Shown here: positions 1-9,387 of the stretch, piece by piece | Numbering within the stretch: the stretch's first letter is position 1 | Layout: each line of letters opens with the position of its first letter | Origin: a virus | Taxonomy: Duplodnaviria; Caudoviricetes | Virus record (IMG/VR): IMGVR_UViG_3300020044_006715 | Coordinates: 1-35,344 of that record | DNA length: 35,344 bases | Reading direction: 5' to 3' (one strand) | Made by a program: the position numbers and the translations under genes | Notes under the pieces: generated by a model | Seen by the model: the letters and a program-made list of their open reading frames with translations, nothing else | Database searches by the model: none | Told to the model about the DNA's origin: nothing

Positions 1-101
1 ACTTGATTGAGTATCATGTGCCAAAGCTGGCCCGCAATGAAGTAACTGGCCCGGATGAAGGCCCTGTGGAGCTGGTTATTTCGTGGCAAGAAAAGAAGTA
101 A
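1..101 (+). CDS. Terminase small subunit, C-terminal fragment (5' truncated)
   Basis: Frame 3 reads LIEYHVPKLARNEVTGPDEGPVELVISWQEKK*, a typical TerS tail, and overlaps the TerL start. Confidence 0.7.
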   Translation, partial: LIEYHVPKLARNEVTGPDEGPVELVISWQEKK

Positions 102-1420
102 AGCTTGAGTATTCGCCTCGTGCCGCGTTCATGCCGTTTCACAACCGGACGCAGCGTTGGGCATGTCTTGTGGCGCATCGCCGGGCTGGTAAGACGGTTG
201 CGGCGGTAAACGACATTATCCGGGCGGCGGTAACGTGTAAGTCGCCCAATCCGTTATTTGGTTACATTGCCCCGTATCGCAGCCAGGCCAAGAGCGTGGC
301 TTGGGATTATTTGAAGCGTTTTAGCAAGCCCATTGCAAAGGCGGCAAATGAAGCGGAACTGCAGATCGACTTACTCACCGGCGCACGCATTCGCCTGTTT
401 GGTGCTGATAATGCCGATGCTATGCGTGGTTTGGGTTTCGACGGTATTTTTATGGACGAGTATGGTGATTTTAGACCTTCTGTATGGGGTCATGTCATTC
501 GTCCTACGTTGTCTGACAAGCAGGGCTGGGCTGTTTTCGGTGGTACGCCGAAGGGTAAGAACCAGTTTTGGGACATTTATTCCGACGCTAAGAAGAACCC
601 CAAAGAGTGGTTCCTTTTAAGGCTTACGGCGACGGATAGCGGGATATTGCCGCAAGAAGAACTGGATGCTGTTAGGGCGCAGATTACGCCAGATCAGTAT
701 ATGCAGGAGTATGAGTGCAGCTTTGAGGCTGCGATTTTGGGTGCGTATTATGGCGTAGAGATGAGAGAGGCGGCAGACCAGGGCCGCATTACGGCTGTTC
801 CGTATGATCCTAGCATACCGACCTATACGGCTTGGGATTTGGGCTATCGTGATGACACGGCTATCTGGTGGTATCAGGTGGCTCGCAATGAAATACACGT
901 TATTGACTATTACGCCGTATCTGGCGCGAGTATTGAAGATATTGCCAAGGTCGTCACTGAGAAGCCTTACCATTACGGTAAGCATTATCTCCCGCACGAC
1001 GCCCGTGCTAAAACTCTGGCTGCTCAAGGCAAATCTGTTATTGAACAACTGGCGGAATTTCTTGGTCTGAGCAACATTTCTGTTGTGCCTGATCTTGGCG
1101 TTCAGGACGGCATTCAGGCTGTTCGTATGACGTTGCCGAAATGCTGGTTTGACGAGCTGAAGTGCAATGATGGCATTGAGGCTCTGCGGCAGTATGAGCG
1201 CGAATATGATGAAGACAAGAAGGCGTTTCGCGCGACGCCCAAGCACAATTGGTGCTCACATCCTGCGGACGCATTTCGCATGATGGCGATTGCGTGGCGT
1301 GGTGAAGATTCCAAGAAACCGTTGATTATTGACCGTCCGCTTATTGTTGGTCCCGGCAATACGGCGACATTGAACGACATGTGGGCGGCAAGCAAACCTA
1401 AGAGAAGGGCTAGACTATGA
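83..1420 (+). CDS. terL: Terminase large subunit
   Basis: Walker A AHRRAGKT, Walker B GIFMDEYG, GTPKGKN coupling motif, nuclease motifs AWDLG and SHPADAFR; GTG start. Confidence 0.95.
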   Translation: MARKEVKLEYSPRAAFMPFHNRTQRWACLVAHRRAGKTVAAVNDIIRAAVTCKSPNPLFGYIAPYRSQAKSVAWDYLKRFSKPIAKAANEAELQIDLLTGARIRLFGADNADAMRGLGFDGIFMDEYGDFRPSVWGHVIRPTLSDKQGWAVFGGTPKGKNQFWDIYSDAKKNPKEWFLLRLTATDSGILPQEELDAVRAQITPDQYMQEYECSFEAAILGAYYGVEMREAADQGRITAVPYDPSIPTYTAWDLGYRDDTAIWWYQVARNEIHVIDYYAVSGASIEDIAKVVTEKPYHYGKHYLPHDARAKTLAAQGKSVIEQLAEFLGLSNISVVPDLGVQDGIQAVRMTLPKCWFDELKCNDGIEALRQYEREYDEDKKAFRATPKHNWCSHPADAFRMMAIAWRGEDSKKPLIIDRPLIVGPGNTATLNDMWAASKPKRRARL

Positions 1421-1737
1421 GTGGTGTCAATTATCCGTATAGGTATCCGTATGAGCATGTGGCCGCGTCCCAGACCGCTCAGGTTCTCGGTCCGACTGGC
1501 GCAGTAGGCGACTATTTGCATCGCCTGATCTGCACGGTCACGACTGGCGCGACTGGCAATGTTGTGATTGTCGATGGCACGGGTACGGGCATTCTCACGC
1601 ATACTGTCCTCCCGGCCAGCGCGTCTGTAATCCCCGGCGTGTACAACATTGAACTTAATGCTGTGTCGGCCAACGGCGCGTGGAAGATCACCACGGGCGC
1701 TGGCGTAGAAGTCATGGCAGTCGGCATCTTCTCGTAA
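1417..1737 (+). CDS. Small beta-rich virion-associated hypothetical protein
   Basis: ATGA overlap with terL; 106 aa, Gly/Thr/Val-rich. Confidence 0.75.
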   Translation: MSGVNYPYRYPYEHVAASQTAQVLGPTGAVGDYLHRLICTVTTGATGNVVIVDGTGTGILTHTVLPASASVIPGVYNIELNAVSANGAWKITTGAGVEVMAVGIFS

Positions 1738-1759
1738 TTTATAATTAAAGGAATACCCC

Positions 1760-1933
1760 ATGCCTATTGACCCACAGAGAATGGCCGCGATCTTGCAGCG
1801 TATCCAGCCCGCCAATCAGGGCGGTGCGCCCATGCCAGCGCCGCGCGGCCCGATGGGCGGTCCCCCGCCTGCCATGCCGCCGCAGGGTATGCCCCCGCGT
1901 CCCATGATGCCGCCGGGCGGGATGCGTCGTTAA
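1760..1933 (+). CDS. 57-aa Pro/Met/Gly-rich protein (not in ORF track)
   Basis: AAAGGA RBS upstream; MPIDPQRMAAILQRIQPANQGGAPMPAPRGPMGGPPPAMPPQGMPPRPMMPPGGMRR*; fills the gap before the portal gene. Confidence 0.7.
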   Translation: MPIDPQRMAAILQRIQPANQGGAPMPAPRGPMGGPPPAMPPQGMPPRPMMPPGGMRR

Positions 1934-1955
1934 TACGTTAGTAAGGAATTAAGCT

Positions 1956-4259
1956 ATGGCCTTGGAAAAAGTCGATTCGACTGTCCAGCGACTGCTAAAC
2001 AGCGTTGCCGCTTACAATTCTGAATTCAAGAAGTGGGAAGCGCGTACCACCAAGATCATTCGTCGTTACCGGGATGACCAGAACACTGGCACCGGCATGA
2101 CGAATGACGCGGCGCGGTTTAACATTCTGTGGTCCAACGTCCAGACGCTTGTTCCGGCTGTGTATGCCCGTCTGCCCAAGGCCGATGTTTCTCGGCGCTT
2201 TGGCGACAATGATCCTGTCGGACGCGTTGCGTCCTTGCTGATTCAGCGTGCGCTTGATTACGAAATCGAGCATTACCCTGATTATCGTTCGTCTATGCGT
2301 CATGCCGTGGAGGACAGGTTCCTCGGCGGGCGCGGCGTGGCGTGGGTGCGCTATGACCCGCATATCAAACAGCAGGACATCCCAGATGACGGCCTCCAAA
2401 TCACGGAAGACATTGAAGAAGGCGAAGCCCGCGAAGCGGGTGACATCTATAACCAAACCGCCGGTAATGATGGACAGCCTGAAGAAATCGAATACGAGTG
2501 CGCCCCCACAGACTACGTTCATTGGCGCGATTTCGGCCATTCTAGCGCGCGTACTTGGGAAGAAGTAACTCAGGTCTGGCGTTGGGTTTATATGTCCAAG
2601 GAAGCCGTGACGGAGCGGTTTGGCAAGAAGATTGCCAAGAAGATTCCGTTCAACAGCAGCCCGGACGGCCTGACCAAGTACGGCCAGCGCGAAAAGCCTA
2701 ATGACAAGGCTAAGATTTGCGAGCTTTGGGACAAGGAAACCGGCAAGGTTTACTGGTTCATGGACAATTGGGCCGATCTTCTGGATGAGCGGGATGACCC
2801 GCTAAATCTGGAAGGATTCTTCCCGTGCGCCAAGCCCCTTTACGCTACTACGACGAGCGACAGCCTTGTGCCTGTCCCGGACTTTATTCTGTATCAGGAT
2901 CAGGCCAATGAGCTGGACATCCTGACAGACCGCATTGACGGTCTGGTGAAAGCCCTGCGCGTCCGTGGTGTGTATGACGCTTCTCAGCCCGCACTGCAGC
3001 GTTTGTTGACCGAGGGAGACAACAATACGTTGGTCCCCGTCGATAAATGGATGGCCTTTAGTGAGAAGGGTGGGCTGAAGGGTTCTATCGACCTACTTCC
3101 CATTGAGACTTTGGCCTCCGCGCTCATTAACTGTTACCAGGCTCAGGCCAACATTAAGGGGCAGATTTATGAAATTACGGGCATTTCAGACATTCTGCGC
3201 GGTGTTGGTGCGGCTTCTGAGTCGGCCACGGCCCAGCAGCTTAAGGGGCAATATGCTGGACTGCGACTGCGAGCTATGCAGGAAAGCGTCGCGCTCTTTG
3301 CAAGCGACCTCCTCCGTCTCAAGGCGCAGATCATTTGCACAAAGTTCCAGCCTGAAACGATCATGAGGCTTGCGGCGGCTGACCAGATGTCGCCCGCCGA
3401 CCGGCAGATGATCCCGCAGGCCATTCAGCTAATGAAGGATAACCCCCTTCGTTCGTTCCGTATTCAGGTCGCAGCAGACAGCCTTGTCCAGCTTGACGAA
3501 AACCAGAACAAGCAGGACCGCATGGAATTTATGAATGCGTTCTCCAACTTCCTGCGTGAGGCTGTCCCGGCGGGTCAGGCTTCGCCGGAGATGGTGCCGC
3601 TGCTTATGGACATGATGAAGTTTGGCATTGGCGGCTTTAAGCAGGCGTCTATCATTGAGGGCACGATTGATGCTGCATTGCAGCAGATGATTGAGGCCAG
3701 CAAGCAGAAAGCGCAGAACCCGCAGCCTTCGCCTGAAATGCAGAAGATACAGGCCCAGCAGCAGATGGAGCAGACCAAGGTTCAGGCCGACATGCAGAGC
3801 CAGCAGGCCAGGATGCAGGCGGACGTTCAGATCGAGCAGATGAAGGCTCAGTTGGAGGCCCAGCTAGAAACGCAGCGTCAGCAGCATGAAGCCCAGCTCA
3901 AGATGCAGGAACTGGCGGCTCAGGAACAGTTTGACCGCTGGAAGACTGAGCTTGAGGCGGCGACCAAGATTATGGTGGCCCGCATCTCGGCCAATCCGGG
4001 CATGGACATCCCGGCCATTGAGGCCCAGCAGGCGGCTGCGGAGACGATCACGGCAGAGCTTGGCGATAATGTCCGTCAGGCTATGGACCGGATGGCGGAG
4101 GCCCATAACAACATGGCAATGATGCACAGCCAGTCGATGCAAAAGCTGCACGATGTACTTCAGGCGGCCAACGCGCCCAAGCGCGTGGTGCGCGGGCCTG
4201 ACGGGCGTGCGATTGGTGTTGAACCTGTTCAGGCTATTCCGCAGGGTACAATCCAGTGA
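1956..4259 (+). CDS. Portal protein (P22-like, long C-terminal Gln-rich coiled coil)
   Basis: 767 aa after terL; FNILWSNVQTL, YEITGISDILRG and ESATAQQLK motifs; AAGGA RBS. Confidence 0.9.
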   Translation: MALEKVDSTVQRLLNSVAAYNSEFKKWEARTTKIIRRYRDDQNTGTGMTNDAARFNILWSNVQTLVPAVYARLPKADVSRRFGDNDPVGRVASLLIQRALDYEIEHYPDYRSSMRHAVEDRFLGGRGVAWVRYDPHIKQQDIPDDGLQITEDIEEGEAREAGDIYNQTAGNDGQPEEIEYECAPTDYVHWRDFGHSSARTWEEVTQVWRWVYMSKEAVTERFGKKIAKKIPFNSSPDGLTKYGQREKPNDKAKICELWDKETGKVYWFMDNWADLLDERDDPLNLEGFFPCAKPLYATTTSDSLVPVPDFILYQDQANELDILTDRIDGLVKALRVRGVYDASQPALQRLLTEGDNNTLVPVDKWMAFSEKGGLKGSIDLLPIETLASALINCYQAQANIKGQIYEITGISDILRGVGAASESATAQQLKGQYAGLRLRAMQESVALFASDLLRLKAQIICTKFQPETIMRLAAADQMSPADRQMIPQAIQLMKDNPLRSFRIQVAADSLVQLDENQNKQDRMEFMNAFSNFLREAVPAGQASPEMVPLLMDMMKFGIGGFKQASIIEGTIDAALQQMIEASKQKAQNPQPSPEMQKIQAQQQMEQTKVQADMQSQQARMQADVQIEQMKAQLEAQLETQRQQHEAQLKMQELAAQEQFDRWKTELEAATKIMVARISANPGMDIPAIEAQQAAAETITAELGDNVRQAMDRMAEAHNNMAMMHSQSMQKLHDVLQAANAPKRVVRGPDGRAIGVEPVQAIPQGTIQ

Positions 4260-6079
4260 CAATTTCGCTAACTCATAAGTTTGTTTCGATTGTGCCTGAC
4301 GGCACGGATACGAGCGTAGTTCGCCCTTCTAATTGGAATGACGAACATGACATTACTGGTACATTGCCAATAGCCAATGGCGGCACAAACACGACTGACA
4401 TGCCTACGGCTGGCGGCGTTGTGTATGGCACTGGCACGGCCCAGGCTTATAGTGCGGCGGGAACGGCTGGTTACTTTTTGCAATCTACTGGTTCTGGCAC
4501 GCCTACTTGGTCTAGCGTTACAACGCCTGTTGGATCGCCGGGTTATTGGGGTTCATTTTACGATACGACTGCTACACAGACCGGCAGCACGACTGTTGGC
4601 ACGGCGGTTTTGCTTGGGCAAACTGATCCCAATAGCAACGGCGTAAGCATTGCTTCTGGCAGTCGTATTACGTTTGCTAATACAGGCGTTTACAATATTC
4701 AGTATTCACTTCAATTTATTAATACAAATTCTACTATTTATGATGTTCAGGTTTGGCTTCGTAAAAACGGAACTGACGTAGCTGACACCAATACTGTTTA
4801 TGCAATTACGGGGTCACACGGCGGCATAGACGGCGCGACAGTTGCCGCTATCAATTATGTTTTGAATGTTACTGCTGGCGATTATTTCCAGCTTATGTGG
4901 TTGCCAGCAAATACGTCTGTCAACCTAAAAACTATTGCTGCTTCTACCACACCGGCATACCCAGAAACGCCCTGCGCTATTGTTACGGCTGTTCAGCTTA
5001 CTCAAATTGGCCTTGGCTATTATGGCCTGACTTCGACAACATCTGTTGCTCTAACAACTGGCTCTAAAACCTTTACTACCAATTATACTTATACTCAGGT
5101 TGCGTTTACTGTTGGCACCCGCGTCCGGGCGGCTTACACCACCAACCCTGCCAATTATGTCGAAGGCGTTATTACTAGCTTTGACGGTGTTGGTAACAAT
5201 CAACTTGTTTTGAATGTTGATACGGTTGGCGGAACGGGCGGTCCCTATGCTTCTTGGGCATTTAGCGTGGCCGGTAGCGCCGGAACGGTGGGCGGCAGCA
5301 CGACTCAGATTCAATACAACAATGCCGGTGCTTTGGGTGGCATTAGCGGGGCAACGACTGATGGTACGTCGCTGACGGTTTCTAGCGGCAATCTTAAGCT
5401 ATCCGGGGCTACTAGCGGGACAGCTATCCTGAACGCCCCGGCTACAAGCGGCGGTACGTTGACGCTTCCGTCAGGTACGACGACTTTGGCTGGCCTTGGC
5501 ACCGCCCAGACGTTTACGGCGGCCCAAGTAATCTCTTCGACTTCTGCCAATGCCTTTGTCGTTGGCCCTAATGGCACAACAAATCCCAGCCTTATCATTG
5601 ATGCCTCGGCGGCCAGTGCGGCCACGGGCGTCAAAATTGCCGCTGCGGCAGCCGGAAGCGGGGTTACGGTTAGCGCCATATCGTCTGCTACGGATGAAAA
5701 CCTGATCCTGGCTGGTAAAGGCGCTGGGGTGATCTCCCATAGCACCACATCGGTTTACAAGACTTCGGCTACCGTGACAGCCGGAACTAATGCACAGGGG
5801 CAGGGGGCGCTCACAAGCGATCTAAACGTGGTTACGACGGCGGCCAGTTCCCCGTCTGGCGTTACTCTGCCTGCAGGCGTTTTGGGCCAAAGGCTTGTAA
5901 TCATTAACCGTGGAGCCAATACCATTAACGCTTATCCTGCCTCTGGCGGAAAGATTGATGCTTTGGCGACTAATGCCTCAATCGCCATTCCAACGTCCGG
6001 TTGGATGGAGTTTATCGCGGTAAGCAGCACCCAATGGTATTCGACGGCTAACATGGCGACCACGGCGCTTTGGAGCTAA
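4256..6079 (+). CDS. Mosaic Thr/Gly/Ser-rich fibre-like virion protein (possible head fibre)
   Basis: GTGA overlap; LPIANGGT and GGSTTQIQYNNAGALGG fibre motifs; C1q-like beta-sandwich segment. Confidence 0.75.
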   Translation: MTISLTHKFVSIVPDGTDTSVVRPSNWNDEHDITGTLPIANGGTNTTDMPTAGGVVYGTGTAQAYSAAGTAGYFLQSTGSGTPTWSSVTTPVGSPGYWGSFYDTTATQTGSTTVGTAVLLGQTDPNSNGVSIASGSRITFANTGVYNIQYSLQFINTNSTIYDVQVWLRKNGTDVADTNTVYAITGSHGGIDGATVAAINYVLNVTAGDYFQLMWLPANTSVNLKTIAASTTPAYPETPCAIVTAVQLTQIGLGYYGLTSTTSVALTTGSKTFTTNYTYTQVAFTVGTRVRAAYTTNPANYVEGVITSFDGVGNNQLVLNVDTVGGTGGPYASWAFSVAGSAGTVGGSTTQIQYNNAGALGGISGATTDGTSLTVSSGNLKLSGATSGTAILNAPATSGGTLTLPSGTTTLAGLGTAQTFTAAQVISSTSANAFVVGPNGTTNPSLIIDASAASAATGVKIAAAAAGSGVTVSAISSATDENLILAGKGAGVISHSTTSVYKTSATVTAGTNAQGQGALTSDLNVVTTAASSPSGVTLPAGVLGQRLVIINRGANTINAYPASGGKIDALATNASIAIPTSGWMEFIAVSSTQWYSTANMATTALWS

Positions 6080-6082
6080 CCA

Positions 6083-6466
6083 TTGGCAACTATTACAGCC
6101 TTTCAGGTTGATGCCTTCCAGAACAACGCTTTCCAGATTGGGGAAGCGCCCATCATTGTTATTGATACCCATGATGGTGATTACATCAAAAAGCGCAAAA
6201 AGCTATTTGATGAGGAAATTCAAAGAGTTGCGCGTAATCGTGAAAAGATTATTGCTGCCTATGAACGTATTGTTGAAGGAAAGCCTGAAGAAGCTGAAGA
6301 ACTGGTGGCGGGTTTTGAGGTAAAGGCCAAGACTAGCAAAAGTAAAAAGGAAGTATTGCGCCCGCGTGTTGACTTTGATAAGTTTGTCAAAGATTTAGAC
6401 CGCGTTGAGCGTCTTTGGAATCTGTATTTAGAGATTGAAGACGAAGACTTGCTGGTGTTGCTATGA
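6083..6466 (+). CDS. Hypothetical protein
   Basis: TTG start after GGAG; AFQxDAFQxNAFQ N-terminus, acidic/hydrophobic C-terminus. Confidence 0.7.
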   Translation: MATITAFQVDAFQNNAFQIGEAPIIVIDTHDGDYIKKRKKLFDEEIQRVARNREKIIAAYERIVEGKPEEAEELVAGFEVKAKTSKSKKEVLRPRVDFDKFVKDLDRVERLWNLYLEIEDEDLLVLL

Positions 6467-6813
6467 CCCATACTAAATGGATTTACGACAAAAAAGGCAA
6501 GTTGGCCGAATATGTTGACGGCGAACTTGTCTGGGTTCGTGAAGAAAAGAAAAGTAAAAAGACCCATTACAGCATTATTAAGGACATCGAGCCTTATAAA
6601 AGCATGGCCGATGGCACAATGATTACTTCGCGTTCTCAGCATAGAGAGCATTTGCGTAAGCATAACTGCATCGAAATCGGCAATGAAAAGATGGAAACGC
6701 GCAAGCCTGCGCCGATGTCCAGAGAAAAGCGCATTAAAATCCTGCGGGAGCAGCTTTGGAATGTCTCTGATCGTGAATGCGACAGAGTTTTGGATCAACT
6801 AAGGAGACGATGA
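6463..6813 (+). CDS. Hypothetical head-module protein
   Basis: ATGA overlaps at both ends; DIEPYKS..DG..ITSRSQHREHL..HNCIEIGNE motif. Confidence 0.75.
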   Translation: MTHTKWIYDKKGKLAEYVDGELVWVREEKKSKKTHYSIIKDIEPYKSMADGTMITSRSQHREHLRKHNCIEIGNEKMETRKPAPMSREKRIKILREQLWNVSDRECDRVLDQLRRR

Positions 6814-7808
6814 ACTTGGACACCCAAGATCAGATCAGGACCGAAGAAGACAAGGTTACAGACCGCAAGGAATTGCTGGCCCAGCAGTTTGACGAAGTTG
6901 AAAACGACGTAAAGTCAGAAGAAAAAGAAACTAAGCCACGGGCCGCAAACGGCAAGTTTGTTGCTAAAGAAGAGGCCCAGGAAGAATCCGAGCCCGCCGA
7001 AGAGCCTGTTTGGAAGCGCCCGCCATCCTCCTGGAAGCGCGATTATCACGAAGTTTGGCAGACCGCCGACCCCCGCCTGCAGGAATATGCTTACAAGCGC
7101 GAGGAAGAAATGCGGGCAGGCATTGAGCCGCTTCGCACTAAGGCGCAATTTGCCGATCAGATTAATGAGGCTATCCAGCCTTATATGAACACTATTCAGG
7201 GTCTTGGCATTGATGCCCCCCGCGCGATCAAGGCGCTCATGGAGGCTGACCACGCCCTTCGCTATAACCCGCCGGACCAGAAGCGGGCTTATCTAGCCAA
7301 TCTGGCTAGGCAGTACGGTATTGATTTGGGTGATATGGGGGGCGTCTCACAGGGCGCTGCTCCCATTGACCCAAATTATTATGCTCTCCAGAACGAACTA
7401 AACAACGTTCGGGGCGAGATTTTGACTTTCAAACAGCAGCAGGAACAGGCTGAAAACCAAACTCTGCTGGGTGAAATCAATAACTTCGCTACCAAGGCAG
7501 AGTATTTCGAAGAAGCGCGTCCGACCATGATCCAGCTCCTACAGAGCGGTGTGGCTAAGACGCTCGACGAAGCCTATGAAAAGGCTATTCGCCTTAACGA
7601 TGAACTTTTCCAGCAGACTCAGCAACGCTCACAGGCCGACGCTGAAGCCGCTAAGAGGGAATCGGCCAATCGGGCTGCGAAAGCGGCTAAGGCAGCAGCG
7701 GTTAGCGTTAAGAGTTCCACACCCGGAAATCGTACAACAACGACCAAAGCGCAAGATAGGCGTTCAATGCTGCTCGAACAATTCGACAGCATTAATGAAC
7801 GCTTTTGA
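6810..7808 (+). CDS. Capsid scaffolding protein
   Basis: Acidic helical protein directly before the MCP; start moved to ATG 6810 (AAGGAG RBS). Confidence 0.8.
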   Translation: MNLDTQDQIRTEEDKVTDRKELLAQQFDEVENDVKSEEKETKPRAANGKFVAKEEAQEESEPAEEPVWKRPPSSWKRDYHEVWQTADPRLQEYAYKREEEMRAGIEPLRTKAQFADQINEAIQPYMNTIQGLGIDAPRAIKALMEADHALRYNPPDQKRAYLANLARQYGIDLGDMGGVSQGAAPIDPNYYALQNELNNVRGEILTFKQQQEQAENQTLLGEINNFATKAEYFEEARPTMIQLLQSGVAKTLDEAYEKAIRLNDELFQQTQQRSQADAEAAKRESANRAAKAAKAAAVSVKSSTPGNRTTTTKAQDRRSMLLEQFDSINERF

Positions 7809-7836
7809 TGTCAACCAACTTTAAAGGAGCTTAAAA

Positions 7837-8838
7837 ATGGCTTTTGCCAATAGCTCGATCAGCGACATCATTGCGACCAACATTCAGAGCCGCAGTGGTG
7901 AACTGGCCGACAACGTGACGAACAACAATGCGTTGCTTCGTCGTCTTAAGGATCGCGGTAACGTGAAGACCTTCAGTGGCGGTAACGTCATCCTGCAGGA
8001 AATCATGTACAACGATTCCAGCACCAACAACACCAATAGCTATAGCGGCTATGAAGTGCTGAACGTGTCGCAGAACAGCCCCATCTCGGCTGCTCAGTTC
8101 TCGATCACTCAGTATGCCTCGGCGGTGACGATCTCCGGTCTGGAAATGATCCAGAATTCCGGTAAGGAAGCCATCATCGACCTTCTGGATGGTCGTATGA
8201 ATGTTGCGGAAGCGCAGCTTGCGAACCGTATCGGCGGCGACATTTATCTGGACGGCACTGGCAACAGCGGTAAGAACATTACCGGCCTTGCTGCTGCGGT
8301 CCCGGATTCTCCCTCGACGGGCACCTACGGCGGCATCAACCGCGCGTCGTTCTCGTTCTGGCAGTCTGTCGCTTATTCTGGCGTGACCAACGGCGGTGCC
8401 GCTGTCTCTGCCTCGAACATCCAGCAGTATATGGATGCCGTGGCTGTGCAGCTGATCCGTGGTACGGACAAGCCTGACCTGATCGTGGCCGACAATAACT
8501 ACTATCGCCTGTATCTGCAGTCGCTGCAGTCCATCCAGCGCATCTCGGACTCCGGTTCGTCGATGGCTGGCGCTGGCTTTGCCTCGCTGAAGTACTATGG
8601 CGCTGGTATGGCGTCGGACGTTGTGCTGGACGGTGGTATCGGTAATGCCGCGACTGCCAATCACATGTGGTTCCTGAACACCAAGTACCTGATGTTCCGC
8701 CCGCATGTTGATCGCAACTTTGTTCCGATTGGCGGCGAGCGCCAGGCGGTTAACCAGGACGCTATCGTGAAGCTGATCGGCTGGGCGGGCAATCTGACCT
8801 GCTCTGGCGCACAGTTCCAGGGTGTTCTGTACGCTTAA
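7837..8838 (+). CDS. Major capsid protein
   Basis: 333 aa, strong AAGGAG RBS, strongly biased codons, LADNVTNNNALL and SGG..I motifs, position after scaffold. Confidence 0.9.
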   Translation: MAFANSSISDIIATNIQSRSGELADNVTNNNALLRRLKDRGNVKTFSGGNVILQEIMYNDSSTNNTNSYSGYEVLNVSQNSPISAAQFSITQYASAVTISGLEMIQNSGKEAIIDLLDGRMNVAEAQLANRIGGDIYLDGTGNSGKNITGLAAAVPDSPSTGTYGGINRASFSFWQSVAYSGVTNGGAAVSASNIQQYMDAVAVQLIRGTDKPDLIVADNNYYRLYLQSLQSIQRISDSGSSMAGAGFASLKYYGAGMASDVVLDGGIGNAATANHMWFLNTKYLMFRPHVDRNFVPIGGERQAVNQDAIVKLIGWAGNLTCSGAQFQGVLYA

Positions 8839-8850
8839 AGGAGAAACTAC

Positions 8851-9387
8851 ATGGCTTACTCGTTCACTGAAAATCGCGCTGGACTTCTCCAGATTGCGAA
8901 TACTGATTCCGGCGTGACGATGGCGAATGGCACTTCTGCCATTCCCACGCCCCCGGCGACGCTTGGCATGGTTTGCCGCGCGTTCGACCCCACCTATGGC
9001 GAAGGTGAGTTCATTCTGCTTGTTGGCGTTGCCAGCACTGTGGTTGGCTCGCTTGTGACCTACAATGCCACGACCTATCAGACCACCCTGTCGGCCAATA
9101 CGGCCAATCAGGCGACTCCGGTGGCCGTTGCTATGTCGGCTTGCACCGCCGGTCTGTTCGGTTGGTATCAGATTGGCGGCCTCGCGGTTGTCAAGAAGAC
9201 CGCCGTGGCCGTCAACGCCCAGGTTCCCGTTTACCAGTCTGCCACTGTGGGCCGCGTTATGCCCACGGCTGCTTCTGGCAAGCAGGTTCTGGGTGCCCGT
9301 TCGGCCAACCTTGCTACCGTTGCTTCGACTGTTTCGACTGTTATCGTGTCGATCAATCGTCCGCATCTGCAGGGCGCGATCACCTAA
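8851..9387 (+). CDS. Capsid decoration/cement-like protein
   Basis: Follows MCP, AAGGAG RBS, Ala/Thr/Val-rich, D.TYGEGEFI and GWYQI.G motifs. Confidence 0.7.
   Translation: MAYSFTENRAGLLQIANTDSGVTMANGTSAIPTPPATLGMVCRAFDPTYGEGEFILLVGVASTVVGSLVTYNATTYQTTLSANTANQATPVAVAMSACTAGLFGWYQIGGLAVVKKTAVAVNAQVPVYQSATVGRVMPTAASGKQVLGARSANLATVASTVSTVIVSINRPHLQGAIT

Noticed and set aside
7831-9366. 511-aa antisense ORF over the MCP and decoration genes
   Set aside because: Shadow frame produced by strong codon bias; no RBS or motifs
9141-9386. N-terminal extension of the Maf-methyltransferase ORF with many Cys
   Set aside because: Alternative frame of the decoration gene; the TAATG overlap at 9385-9389 marks the real start
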